Assembly (NCBI GenBank): GCA_001875255.1
Contig: MJAN01000003.1
Coordinates: 53,186 to 117,185, forward strand
Reading direction: 5' to 3'
DNA length: 64,000 nt
Source: Candidatus Sabulitectum silens
GTDB lineage: Bacteria; Fermentibacterota; Fermentibacteria; Fermentibacterales; JCC-6
Shown here: positions 10,310 through 20,024 of the stretch, in pieces
Layout: each line of letters starts with the position of its first letter
Numbering within the stretch: position 1 is the stretch's first letter
The notes under the pieces: generated by a model
The model's input: the letters and a program-made list of their open reading frames with translations, nothing else
The model's database searches: none
What the model was told of the DNA's origin: nothing
Position numbers and translations under genes: made by a program

Positions 10310-10507
10310 GAAAGAGATCCGTTGAAATTCACCAACTCATGAAGAATAGATAATTATCGGGCCGATGTCATGAGCAGAGAACAAAGTCCCTCCAGTTCAC
10401 AAGGCCTCTGCCCTCCAGGAACGCCCTTATCCGCTGTCTTGCTCCGGGTTCCCTGGAGGCTCCCAGGACTGGGATTCCGTCGTGGTGGTCCCAGGTGCTG
10501 CCCGGTA

Positions 10508-11374
10508 TCACCGGAGCCCCCTCAACAGCGGTCTGGTAATCCTTTCCACCGGAGCCAGGAAAGCCGCTATGGAAAACCCCTCCCTTTTCATGTGGCCGGA
10601 GAGGCGCCTGGCGCACTGGCCGGTGCCGGCGATGTATACCCTTTTGTCGGCGAGGCAGGGCACATGCTTCAGATACATCGCCCTGGTCTTGTAAAAGGAG
10701 GTAAGGGAATACATGGGGGAACTTCGGCTGAAACGCTCCCTTCTCTCCCTCCAGGCCAGGAGCGTCTTCGGTACCCTGTAGAATCCGTATCCCGTGCTCC
10801 ACAACCTGAGCCAGAGCTCATAATCCTCGGGAAGCCCTATGTCCCGGTATCCACCGGCCTCAAGGACGCCCTTCCTGCTGTAGAACGCCGTGGGATGGGG
10901 AACCGGGCTTTCGATGAAAAGGGAGTGTTCTATTTCCTCCGGCGTCTCCGTGGCATTGATCCAGCTTTCATACCGTCTGTAACCCCGGCTTACCAGCCTA
11001 TCTGGAAAACAGCGGACCCGGGATGTTATGATGGTCCTTTCCCCCAGCTTCTCCCCGGCACGGTGCTGAAGCATTAGCCTTTCCGGATGGCAAATGTCGT
11101 CACTGTCGAACCTGGCGATCCATTTGCCCCCTGCCTGCCCAAGCCCGGTATTAAGGGCCTGGACGAAACTGCCCTTGCAGTCCAGCAGCCTGAACCGGGG
11201 ATCCGCGGAGGCGTATTCTGCGGCTATCCTTCGGGAACCGTCCCTTGACATGTTGTCCAGCATCAGCACCTCGAAATCGGTAAAGGTCTGATCGACAAGG
11301 GATTGAAGAGCCCTTTGAATAAAGTCACCGGTGTCCTTGAATGGCATTACAACGGAAACCGCAGGGGCAACCAT
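10508..11374 (-). CDS. family 2 glycosyltransferase
   Basis: VSVVMPFKDTGDFIQRALQSLVDQTFTDFEVLMLDNMSRDGS...FDSDD, a GT-A fold DxD-type signature. Confidence 0.8.
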   Translation of the reverse strand: MVAPAVSVVMPFKDTGDFIQRALQSLVDQTFTDFEVLMLDNMSRDGSRRIAAEYASADPRFRLLDCKGSFVQALNTGLGQAGGKWIARFDSDDICHPERLMLQHRAGEKLGERTIITSRVRCFPDRLVSRGYRRYESWINATETPEEIEHSLFIESPVPHPTAFYSRKGVLEAGGYRDIGLPEDYELWLRLWSTGYGFYRVPKTLLAWRERRERFSRSSPMYSLTSFYKTRAMYLKHVPCLADKRVYIAGTGQCARRLSGHMKREGFSIAAFLAPVERITRPLLRGLR

Positions 11375-12165
11375 TCAGCGCATTCCTTCATAGGCATCGG
11401 CGAGGTCTGAAACGGTGATGACCGGAGGGCTGCAGGCAAGCCCCACGCAGAGCTGGGCATAGGGCCAGCCGGTCATGGGAAGATAGGCCTCTTCCATCAG
11501 AAGGGAGTCCCCGGGAAGTGTAGGGTCCAGGATGTCCACATTGTCACCGGCCAATCGGTTAGCCTCCGCTGCAAGCTGGCCTGTGAGGGGGTCTCCCGGG
11601 GGGCCCACCACATAAACATGGATATAGATCTCCTCCTCAGGGGGGAGGGGCTCCCCAGCGGAGGCTCCGTAGAGCGCGGCAGAGAACCATTCCCCGCTCC
11701 GGGCTCCCACGGCCCTTCGGGACTCTTCACCCCCGCCGTCGAGAACAATGGTAACCGGAAGTGCGTCAGGCAGACCGTATCTGGCTGAAACGGTTTGCGC
11801 TTCGGAGGGGTTCAGCCATACCACCGTGAGACCCACCGGACGGTTCTCAAGGAAACTGCTCAGTGTGGAGAGATCGGGATCGCCTATGTCCACCGCCAGG
11901 AAAACTGCGTCTCCCTGCAGTTCCCTCTGCAGATGTTCCAGTTCGGGAAGCTCACGAACGCAGGGAGCGCACCAGGTGGCCCAGAAATTAAGAAGGACCG
12001 GCCTTCCGTCTGCTTCCGCCAGCACGCTGTCCAGGGCGGCGATCCCCAGAATAAGTTCGCCCCCTGGCCATACCCTTCGACGGTATGGTGGGAGAGAAGG
12101 ACCACAGGGACCGGAACAAGGAGAAGAAGGGTAAGGGGGATCCAGAAATGCCTTCTCATCTTCCC
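11375..12165 (-). CDS. thioredoxin-like thiol:disulfide oxidoreductase (TlpA/ResA family), frameshift near 12025
   Basis: [20 protein letters not shown] (WCxxC). The N-terminal membrane anchor [22 protein letters not shown] is found in the adjoining frame (ORF 11884..12270). Confidence 0.7.
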
Positions 12166-13031
12166 GCTCCGTGTGAGATGGCCTTCACGGGACAGGAGGA
12201 AATGCACTTTCCGCACCTTATGCACTCGGCACTTGAGGGTTCGAGGTATATGTCGATGCCCATGGGACACACCTTACCGCACTTCCCGCAGCTGACACAG
12301 GAATTCGATACCTTCATCCTCACAACGGAGACCCTGCCGAGGATACCCCATGCGGCCCCAAGCGGACACAGGGCCCTGCAGAAGGGTCTTTCCACTGTAA
12401 CCGCCCATAAAAGAACAAGAACGGCGATGGATGTTTTCCACCAGAACAGAAAGCCCAGTTCGAACTCGATAGACGAGGCAGAGACCAGTGGCCAGCCTGC
12501 CAGGGAAGTTCCCGCGGGACAGACGATCTTACAGAACCAGGGGTCGCCGGCCCCCCCGGGAACGGTCCTTAGGAATGCTGGAAGGGACAGTACAAGAATG
12601 AACAGCAGCGCGTATTTAGCCGGCCTCAGGGAATCCTGAAAGGAAAGACGGGGAGATGGGATCCTGTAAAGAATGTCCTGCAGAAGCCCGAAGGGGCAGA
12701 ACCATCCGCAGGCGAATCTGCCGGCAATGAGACCCACAATGGCGATGAATCCAACCACGGCCCCCACTATGAGGGCGTCCGGACGCATGGTGGCAAGCAT
12801 CCCCCAGAAGTTCGGTGTGGCGAGAATGGACTGAAGGCTGCCAAGGGGACAGGCGAGGACACTTGATGGACAGCTGTAGCAGTGGAGCCCCGGGATCATG
12901 GCAACCTTTGACGAGCCTGTGTATATGGTGCCGGAAACCCACCCGGAAAGGTGCAGATTCGTGGCGAGAAGAGCGCCGAACTGCACTGTCCTCCTCAGGA
13001 GGTTCTGGTTAATCAGCCTATTCCTATGCAT
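12156..13031 (-). CDS. membrane-bound 4Fe-4S polyferredoxin (CcoG/NapH/FixG-like)
   Basis: Multi-TM N-terminus with CGWFCPFG motif, then two CxxCxxCxxxCP clusters ([24 protein letters not shown]). Confidence 0.7.
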   Translation of the reverse strand: MHRNRLINQNLLRRTVQFGALLATNLHLSGWVSGTIYTGSSKVAMIPGLHCYSCPSSVLACPLGSLQSILATPNFWGMLATMRPDALIVGAVVGFIAIVGLIAGRFACGWFCPFGLLQDILYRIPSPRLSFQDSLRPAKYALLFILVLSLPAFLRTVPGGAGDPWFCKIVCPAGTSLAGWPLVSASSIEFELGFLFWWKTSIAVLVLLWAVTVERPFCRALCPLGAAWGILGRVSVVRMKVSNSCVSCGKCGKVCPMGIDIYLEPSSAECIRCGKCISSCPVKAISHGAGR

Positions 13032-13140
13032 TCCAGACAGATATTCACGGCTTTAAAGAGAATGGCGAAGGGATCGCCAAGGATGTAGCCCGCCACCATT
13101 AAGGCGGTGGCCAGAAAAAGCAGGAGATACCTGAAAAAAC

Positions 13141-13215
13141 TGGAGGCGGCGACCAGATTCGAACTGGTGAATGGTGGATTTGCAGTCCACTGCCTTCCCA
13201 CTTGGCCACGCCGCC
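13141..13215 (-). tRNA. tRNA-Cys (anticodon GCA)
   Basis: Reverse complement GGCGGCGTGGCCAAGTGGGAAGGCAGTGGACTGCAAATCCACCATTCACCAGTTCGAATCTGGTCGCCGCCTCCA folds as a cloverleaf: 7-bp acceptor stem, GTGGA/TCCAC anticodon stem with loop CTGCAAA, TTCGAAT T-loop, encoded CCA. Confidence 0.9.
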
Positions 13216-13268
13216 TTTCAGGTTCATTGTTCACCGGAGGGCAATCATACAAAACAGAATGCAATAAA

Positions 13269-13907
13269 TCAAGAGCCGTCGGTCCAGTCAAGGCCCACCC
13301 AGAAACCCTCTTCCCAGGTCATGTCCCCCAGTGGCGTCTCAATGGTGGGAAGGGCGAACATGCTCAGCCTTCCGAGGTGTTCCTCGTCCCGGATGTTGCC
13401 GTCTATACCACCCACCGCAAGGGCAAGGTCGATCACACCGGCGGGTCCCAGTATGTCCAGCACCTGGAAGGCGTCGAAGCCGATCCCCAGATCCAGAACG
13501 GCAGTCAGGCCGTCGTCCCCTATGCCGAACTGGCCGGTGAAGAGGCCCTGGGCAACCTGGATAAGTTCCTCGGCGGGGCCCTCTTCGGCATCCATGAAAA
13601 CATCATAGTCCAGGGAAGTGAGTGTAATGGATATCTTCGGAAGCCCGGATTCCCCGGTGTTTGGATTCCTGATCCCAAGGCCGAGATCGAAGTCCATCGG
13701 GCATTCTCCCTGGAGCCAGTAGGAGGCGACCGTTGCCGCCTGGGTAACCGAAAGGCTTCCCAGTTCGGATATGTCTATTCCGCAGATGCTGAAGTCACTG
13801 GTGTTCTCCACCCTGAAGGTTGCCCTCATGAATGAAAGGGCGTCGGTGATCCCGCATCCGGTCAGAAGAAGGAAAGCCGCAGTAAGTAGAATAGCTGTTT
13901 TATTCAT
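13269..13907 (-). CDS. lipoprotein, function unknown
   Basis: Signal peptide ending in the lipobox LLTGC. The acidic mature region has no recognisable catalytic motif. Confidence 0.5.
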   Translation of the reverse strand: MNKTAILLTAAFLLLTGCGITDALSFMRATFRVENTSDFSICGIDISELGSLSVTQAATVASYWLQGECPMDFDLGLGIRNPNTGESGLPKISITLTSLDYDVFMDAEEGPAEELIQVAQGLFTGQFGIGDDGLTAVLDLGIGFDAFQVLDILGPAGVIDLALAVGGIDGNIRDEEHLGRLSMFALPTIETPLGDMTWEEGFWVGLDWTDGS

Positions 13908-14503
13908 GTCCCTCTATCCTCTCAAGTATCTGTTCAGCCGTGGCAGGATCAGCCATGGCGGGGATGTCCTCTATCGGCACCCCCAGAAGATACATGGAAA
14001 CCTCCCCCGCCATACCGAACGCCTCCGGTGTGCCGACCTCAGCCGCGGCTATCACGAAGGCGGCGGAGATATCCAGGCTCCAGGCATCGCTCCGGGGTAC
14101 ATTATCTCCATGGCTCTCTGAAAGGCATCGTTCAGCAAGCCCCGGGAAAGGAGAAGTTCGATTTCCGAGGACACATCCCCGTAGTAGTCACCTTCGCCTT
14201 CATCGATAAGTGTCAGGTCCCGGTTTTCCCCAACGAGATACCAGGCGAAAACATAGTCTGCTGTGAAGGGCATCTGAGAAATCACCTCCAGCGTGCCGTC
14301 CTCCGGGGAATACTCGCAAAAGGTTTCGCGGGATTGAAAGAAAGGGGAAAGGGAAGCCACCGGGACACCTTCACGGAGTCCAGGGCAAGGGCGATATCGA
14401 ATTCCATGGGACCGGTTTCCCTGAAAAGGAGCTCTCCCCCGTCCAGCCCATCAACAGCAATCTGCGGTTGTCCCAGGGCAAGGATAAGCAGGATCACGTG
14501 CAT
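13904..14503 (-). CDS. secreted hypothetical protein (two apparent frameshifts)
   Basis: N-terminal signal-like MHVILLILALG (ORF 14282..14503) continues through ORF 14052..14360 and a third frame to a stop near 13904. Confidence 0.4.
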
Positions 14504-14679
14504 GGTCGCCTCCTTCCGGCGGGTATTCCTCCGGAATCTATATAACCGTCGCCGGGGCCGGAGGCAACGGATGCCTTTACCGGTTGATACCGGAAATTGG
14601 CATTTTTGTTCCCATGCTTTATATGTTGTGCCCTAAAAACTTACGAGATCTATTTGTCAAATTTACGGATGGCTTTGGG

Positions 14680-14755
<76 letters not shown>

Positions 14756-14771
14756 TCCGATGAAGCGTGGC

Positions 14772-14802
14772 CGTATATGCAAAACCGTCATTTATGTGTC
14801 AA
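14772..14802 (-). promoter_or_regulatory. candidate sigma70-type promoter for tRNA-Gly
   Basis: On the minus strand: TTGACA (14797-14802), about 19-nt spacer, TATACG (14772-14777), 16 nt upstream of the mature tRNA 5' end. Confidence 0.4.
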
Positions 14803-14877
14803 GGGTAAGGGGCCGGTTGCACCGGGAATGTCGATTCATTATTTATGAAACCCGCGGAATCTCTGTTTTCTCAACCA

Positions 14878-15565
14878 TGAGGGGTCGGTCATTAACAGCA
14901 ACGCCGTAGACAGAATTCTTCAGAGGGTCTGGGCCTTCATCACCAGGGAAGAATGGGACAAGGCCGAGGAGCTTCTGGACAAGCTCATCGCGGGGAAGCC
15001 CTGGGACAAGAAGCTCCTGCTGAACAAGGCCCAGCTCAGGAAACGGATGTGGCTGGCTACCGACCGTGAGGACTACGACCTCCTGAAGGATGCCCTCCAC
15101 CTCTTCTCCCGCTGCCACCTTCTCACAGGCAATGCAGAGGCGGGGATCAACACCGCCACACTGCTCCTGCTCAGCGGGAACGAGCGGGAAGCCTACAGGA
15201 AGGCCGCCGAGGTCTCAGCCCATTGCCGGAACCTGATAATGGAGGGAACCGGTGAGCCCGACGGCTATCTGTCGGCGATCATGGGCGAGGCGAACCTCAT
15301 CAGGGGCAGGCACGAAGCGGCCCAGAGCTGGTATGAGACCGCATGCTCCCAGAACGAGTCCATTTCCGAGGTTTTCACCGAGAACATGAACCTTCTACTG
15401 GACCACACCGTTCCGGAATCCAACACAGTGAAGAAGATACGAAGGGCCCTCAGGCGTAGTCTCCCTCTCCACGCTCCATGCGTCGGATATCCCGAACTTC
15501 TCAGCAGAACCCTCAGGTCCGCGGAATCCTCCGCGGTGGAGAAGGAACCCACCCTTACTTTGTAG
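14878..15565 (+). CDS. hypothetical helical protein (apparent frameshift shortly after ATG 14878)
   Basis: Long open frame ...AVDRILQRVWAFITREEWDKAEELLDKL...NTATLLLLSGNEREAYRKAAEV with TPR-like helical character. The in-frame Met of the ORF track (15047) is internal. The 3' end overlaps the SPOR gene, so one terminus is mis-set. Confidence 0.35.
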
Positions 15566-15891
15566 TAAGCTCCGGACCGGTCTATGAAAACGGTCTCGCC
15601 GGTTACCGCCCCGACACGCTCCCTTAGAGCCTCGGCGGCCTGAAGGGTTCCGCAGGCGGCTATCTGAACGCTCCAGGGGCCGGAGCTGCCGTCCTCCTCC
15701 GACGGGGGCCGGTCACCTGCGGGAAATGCTATGGTAGTAACCGGCCCGAAGCCCTCGAAGGGGTCTCCGGAGTAATCCGGCGGATCCGCATAGGGGTCCG
15801 GAGGAAGACCCCGGTCTCCGCTGGAGGTACTGGTCCCGCAGGCGGAGGCCAGAAGGATAAGGGCCAGTGGAACAGTTCTCTTAAATGTCAT
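15265..15891 (-). CDS. SPOR-domain lipoprotein (peptidoglycan-binding); true stop probably near 15480
   Basis: Lipobox ILLASACG, Pro/Asp-rich linker, then SPOR-like WSVQIAACGTLQAAEALRERVGA...GAYYKVRVGSFSTAEDSADLRVLLRSSGY. The distal 70 aa look like out-of-frame read-through. Confidence 0.6.
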   Translation of the reverse strand: MTFKRTVPLALILLASACGTSTSSGDRGLPPDPYADPPDYSGDPFEGFGPVTTIAFPAGDRPPSEEDGSSGPWSVQIAACGTLQAAEALRERVGAVTGETVFIDRSGAYYKVRVGSFSTAEDSADLRVLLRSSGYPTHGAWRGRLRLRALRIFFTVLDSGTVWSSRRFMFSVKTSEMDSFWEHAVSYQLWAASCLPLMRFASPMIADR

Positions 15892-16653
15892 GTGGGTACA
15901 ACACCTCCGTAAGTGTAAGACCGCAGGGGGGAAGGGATGGCCCCGCGGCGGTCCTGCTTCCCGATCCGAGTATCTCAGTTACCCTTTCAGGCGGTATCCA
16001 TCCCGCTCCGGAGCGGAAAAGGGTACCGGACCATATTCTAACGACTCCCCGGAGGAATCTGTTAGCGGATATGGTGAACTCCCAGCCATGGCTGTTCTCC
16101 ATGGCGTCGGCCCCGGTCACCGTCATGTCCCAGGTGGAATTGCCGCTGCCCTCCTTTGAAAAACCCCGCCATGTGTTGTTCCCCAGGGAAAGCTCCGCAG
16201 CCCTCTTCATCGGAGCCAGCGCCAGGACCGGGAAACCCGGCTGGTATTCATAGAGCCTTCTCAGGGGTCCGGGGTCCTCCCTATCCTGTATACATAGCTT
16301 CTGGACAGGGCATCGAACCTTGCGTGGAAGCCATCGGGCACGGTACTGACGGAAAGACAGTGAACGCTTCGGGGCAGGAGGCCGTTCAGCCCTCCCCTTA
16401 TTCGGGGGAGCTCTTCATCGCGGATGTCGAGATGGGCCGGCATGGCAAGGGCATGTACCCCGGCATCGGTCCTGCCGGCGCCATGTATCCTGCAGGGTCT
16501 TCGGCAGAGCTTTTCAAGGGCGGATTCTATCACTCCCTGAACCGTCGGGAGGCCCGGCTGTACCTGCCATCCGCTGAAGGGGGTACCATCGTACCGGAAC
16601 CTGAGAAGGATCCTCATCCAAGGCTCCCTGAAAGGGAGAGGATGAAGAAGCAC
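15881..16653 (-). CDS. truA: tRNA pseudouridine(38-40) synthase (frameshift about 16210-16260)
   Basis: N-terminal RYDGTPFSGWQVQP...GAGRTDAGVHA (catalytic Asp) in ORF 16261..16653. C-terminal ISANRFLRGVVRIWSGTL...AAGPSLPPCGLTLTEVLY in ORF 15881..16210. Confidence 0.85.
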
Positions 16654-17204
16654 CAGGAGAGCACCGCAACAAAGACCGTCAGGGGCCCCGGAGGTCTCCG
16701 GGGGCCGGGGGGTGATCCACCGGCACCAAGGGCGTCGGTAACGGTCATGGTCAGCCGCTCCCTTACCGGCCTTCCCCGGTGGGCCTTCCAGTATTCACCG
16801 GCGGCGGAGGCCGCACCGCCGGCGAGGATCATGGTTTCCGAAAGCCTTTCCGCAGGGGTAAAGCCCCGGGCCATCCCCAGCACCGAGGCGATGCCCCCGG
16901 GGCCCAGGGAGCCGGCGAAGTAGACACCGGCGGAAAGGGCGCACACCCAGCGAAGTGCTGCCAGGGCCCCGGAGGAGTTCCCGGTGGCCAGGGCCCAGAT
17001 AAGGAAAAGCACCGGCCCCGGGGAAATGAACAGCAGGTTCCTGAAATACTTGAGGCGAAAGTGAACCAGGGAAGCCAGGGGAAACAGGGCGAAACAGGGA
17101 AGAAAGGCCGCGGGACACAGAAAAGCTGAAGCGGGAACCGCCAGGAGAGCGGCGAAGACCATTATGTCAGCCGCCAATTCGATCCTTTCCTTTCTGCGGG
17201 GCAA
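16614..17204 (-). CDS. polytopic membrane protein (possible ECF-transporter T component, CbiQ family)
   Basis: About 5 hydrophobic helices. The position immediately upstream of truA mirrors the ecfT-truA arrangement common in Firmicutes. No diagnostic motif confirmed. Confidence 0.35.
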   Translation of the reverse strand: MPRRKERIELAADIMVFAALLAVPASAFLCPAAFLPCFALFPLASLVHFRLKYFRNLLFISPGPVLFLIWALATGNSSGALAALRWVCALSAGVYFAGSLGPGGIASVLGMARGFTPAERLSETMILAGGAASAAGEYWKAHRGRPVRERLTMTVTDALGAGGSPPGPRRPPGPLTVFVAVLSWCFFILSLSGSLG

Positions 17205-18150
17205 GTTTCTTCTGAACGAGACGGAACTCTATGGGAGGTGCCGACTGGAACTCCAGTTCCTCGCCGGTGATGGGATGAATGAACCCAAGGGTTTCAGCAT
17301 GGAGCATCTGGTGACCGGCAAGTCGAATGGCGTCGGATACCGTTTCCCGGTTGCCACGGGTGGAGGGGAATCCCCTGGGGTTCATCCCGCCGTACTTCAT
17401 GTCCGCCACGATGGGGCACCGCTTCATCACCGACATGTGAACCCGTATCTGATGGGTCCTTCCGGTTTCCAGCCTGCATTCTATGAGGGATGCTATGGAA
17501 TACCTTCTGAGTATCCTGTAGTTCGTCACCGCCCTTCTGCCCCCCTGTATCACCGTCATTTTCTGCCGGTTGGCCGGATCCCGGCCGATTGGGCCGTCTA
17601 TCCTTCCCTCGGTGGGTGATGGGGCTCCCCAGCAGAGGGCCAGATACCTTCTCTTCACCGTTCGCGCCGCCAGCTGGGCAGCAAGGTGTCTGTGGGTCTC
17701 GTCGTCCTTGGCCACCATGATGAGACCGGTTGTGTCCTTGTCCAGCCGGTGGACGATCCCGGGCCTCAGTTCACCGGAAATACCGGACAGGGAGCCCCGG
17801 CAGTGATGCAGCAGGGCATTCACTAGCGTACCCCGCCTGGTGCTGGGAGTGGGGTGCACCACGAGGCCGGCGTGCTTGTCTATCACTATCAGATGGCTGT
17901 CCTCGTGAACGATGTCCAGGGGAATGTTCTCAGGGGTGAGGTCGATGGGTTCGGGGTCGGGAACGCTCAGGGATACCACCTGGCTCTCCCGGAGCCTGGT
18001 TGACGGTTTGGCCGGGGCCTCCCCGTCAACCTTCACATGACCGTTCCTTACCAGTGTGCTGATGTAGCTCCTGCTGAGGCCAAGGTCTTCCTGAAGGGCC
18101 AGAAAGCTGTCCAGCCTTATCCCCGATTCGTCCTCCTCCACCTGATACTC
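17167..18150 (-). CDS. rluD: 23S rRNA pseudouridine synthase, RluA family with S4 domain (RluD-like); start near 18150 (TTG/GTG)
   Basis: S4-like GIRLDSFLALQEDLGLSRSYISTLVRNGHVKVDG. Catalytic core GLVVHPTPS...HRLDKDTTGLIMVAK...GRTHQIRVHM. The ORF-track N-terminal 120 aa are Arg/Pro-rich read-through. Confidence 0.85.
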   Translation of the reverse strand, partial: EYQVEEDESGIRLDSFLALQEDLGLSRSYISTLVRNGHVKVDGEAPAKPSTRLRESQVVSLSVPDPEPIDLTPENIPLDIVHEDSHLIVIDKHAGLVVHPTPSTRRGTLVNALLHHCRGSLSGISGELRPGIVHRLDKDTTGLIMVAKDDETHRHLAAQLAARTVKRRYLALCWGAPSPTEGRIDGPIGRDPANRQKMTVIQGGRRAVTNYRILRRYSIASLIECRLETGRTHQIRVHMSVMKRCPIVADMKYGGMNPRGFPSTRGNRETVSDAIRLAGHQMLHAETLGFIHPITGEELEFQSAPPIEFRLVQKKLAPQKGKDRIGG

Positions 18151-18171
18151 AGGAACGCCCAAGCAGTCTAT

Positions 18172-18624
18172 TGCTCCCTGAGAATGAGGTGGTATCCGAA
18201 CTGTGTTTCCACCACGCCGGACATTCCGCCAACGGGAAGGGCGAAGGCAGCCTCCTCGAAGGGGGAACCATGGCGCCCCTGCCGAACTCGCCCAGCATTC
18301 CGCCGTCCTGTCCCGAGGGACAGTCTGAGTACTCGATGGCCGCCTGTGTGAAGGTGATCTCGCCGGCCTGGATCCTTTCTTCAACACCCTGAATGAGTTC
18401 CAGGGCTTCCTCGGGGGTCCTGTCAAAGGGACCTTCAACGGCGCAGCCGTCGTAGCAGACCAGTATGTGCCTGGCGGTGACCACCGTGGGGGCCTTCCTC
18501 CACGGGAACCTCCTCTACCGTTTCCACGGTTCAGGGGTGACATCCGCCGCTTCCTCCACCGGTTCTTCCTGGCCGCAGGCAAACACCAGCATCAGGATGG
18601 GAAGTGCGTAGATCAGTTTCTTCA
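18172..18624 (-). CDS. parvulin-type peptidyl-prolyl isomerase lipoprotein (frameshifts)
   Basis: MKKLIYALPILMLVFACGQEE signal/lipobox from ATG 18624. PpiC core ARHILVCYDG...TQAAIEYSDCPSGQDGGMLGEFGRGAMVP in ORF 18149..18484. The C-terminal part continues in another frame. Confidence 0.7.
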
Positions 18625-18783
18625 TTACAGCTCCTTTTCTGTTATTGGCCAAAGACGATCAACGGGGAAATATAGCTTGTTCTTTCCGGTGTTGACACCG
18701 ACGGAGTGCGCAACCGATAGTATCGGTGTGTACATATTGCATTTTTTGCCCCCAGTTAATGAACGCAGAAAGGAGGTCCTATC

Positions 18784-19984
18784 TTGGACCGAACTTCCTT
18801 CTTCAGCCACCGTGCCAACTCCATGCAGAGATCGGTGATAAGGGAACTGCTCAAGCTCACCAACAAGCCCGAGATCATTTCCTTCGCCGGAGGTCTGCCG
18901 GCGCCGGTAACCTTCCCGGTGGAATATGTGAGGAAAGCAGTTACGAAGGTTCTCGATGAAGAACCGGAAAGGGCTCTGCAGTACGGCGCCACCGAGGGCG
19001 ACCCAAGGCTGAAGGGCAAACTTGCTGAGATCATGCGGAAGGACGGCATCGATGCCGACCCCGAGAACATCATGGTCACCACCGCCAGCCAGCAGGGTCT
19101 GGAGCTCATGGCAAAGGTGTTCTTCAACCCTGGAGACACCTGTGTAGTGGGCCTTCCCACATATCTCGGAGGCCTTCAGGCCATCAAGAGCTACGGCGGA
19201 GTTCCGGTGGGGGTCGAACTCGACGAACACGGAATGATCCCCGGGAAGCTCGAGGAAACCCTGGACAGGCTCGAGGGAGAGGGCAGACGCCCGCGGCTCA
19301 TATACATCATCCCCGATTTCCAGAACCCGGCGGGGGTTACCATTCCAGGGGAGAGAAGGGCTGAGATAGTGAAGATCGCCCGGGATCGGGACTACCTGAT
19401 AGTTGAAGACACCCCCTATCGCCAGATCAGGTTCAGGGGAGAGCACCAGCCAACCTTCCAGAGCCTGGCCCCGGAACGGGTCCTCAGCCTCTACACATTC
19501 TCCAAGATAATGCTTCCCGGCTTTCGACTGGGCTGGGCCTACGGACCGGACTGGCTGGTGAACAAAATGGTCATGGCCAAGCAGTCAATGGACCTCTGCA
19601 CCCCCCCTTCAACCAGGCGATCACCTACACATGCTGGAGGCGGGAGCCCTTGAGGCAGGGCTCAAGGAAACCATAAAACTCTACCATAAGAGATGCGACA
19701 TAATGCTGGCCGAGCTCAAGGCCAACCTGGGCGATGTCACCGGTGTAACCTGGACCGAACCCGAGGGCGGCCTTTTCCTGTGGCTCACGGTACCCGAAGG
19801 GGTAAGCACCGACGACATATTCGTGAAGGCAGTGGAGGAGAACGTTGCCTATGTTCCCGGCAGCGCCTTCTATCCCAACAACGACAACCACAGGTCAATG
19901 AGGCTGAACTTCAGCTACTGCAACGAGGAAAAGATCATCGAGGGCTGCCGAAGGCTGGGCAAGCTGATAAAGGAAGTCCTTTAG
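18784..19984 (+). CDS. PLP-dependent aminotransferase, class I/II (LysN/AAT-like), frameshift about 19600-19640
   Basis: SVIRELLKLTNKPEIISFAGGLP...TFSKIMLPGFRLGWAYGP (Lys-containing SK motif). The C-terminal domain is in ORF 19631..19984. AAAGGAGG lies 7 nt before the TTG start. Confidence 0.8.
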
Positions 19985-19996
19985 ATAACCGCTTGA

Positions 19997-20018
19997 GGGG
20001 CGCCGGGTCCGGCGCCCC
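19997..20018. terminator. GC-rich hairpin between convergent genes (bidirectional terminator candidate)
   Basis: GGGGCGCCGG / CCGGCGCCCC perfect 10-bp arms flanked by TTTCCCTT. Lies between the + aminotransferase stop (19984) and the minus gene stop (20025). Confidence 0.5.
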
Positions 20019-20024
20019 TTTCCC

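Noticed and set aside
10370-11077. 235-aa plus-strand ORF
   Set aside because: Antisense to the GT2 glycosyltransferase gene.
13013-13291. 92-aa minus-strand ORF
   Set aside because: It fully overlaps tRNA-Cys(GCA) on the same strand and has odd composition. Treated as spurious.
13107-13835. 242-aa plus-strand ORF
   Set aside because: Antisense to the lipoprotein gene and overlaps tRNA-Cys. No motifs.
16156-16923. 255-aa plus-strand Pro/Gly-rich ORF
   Set aside because: Antisense to truA and the membrane protein gene.
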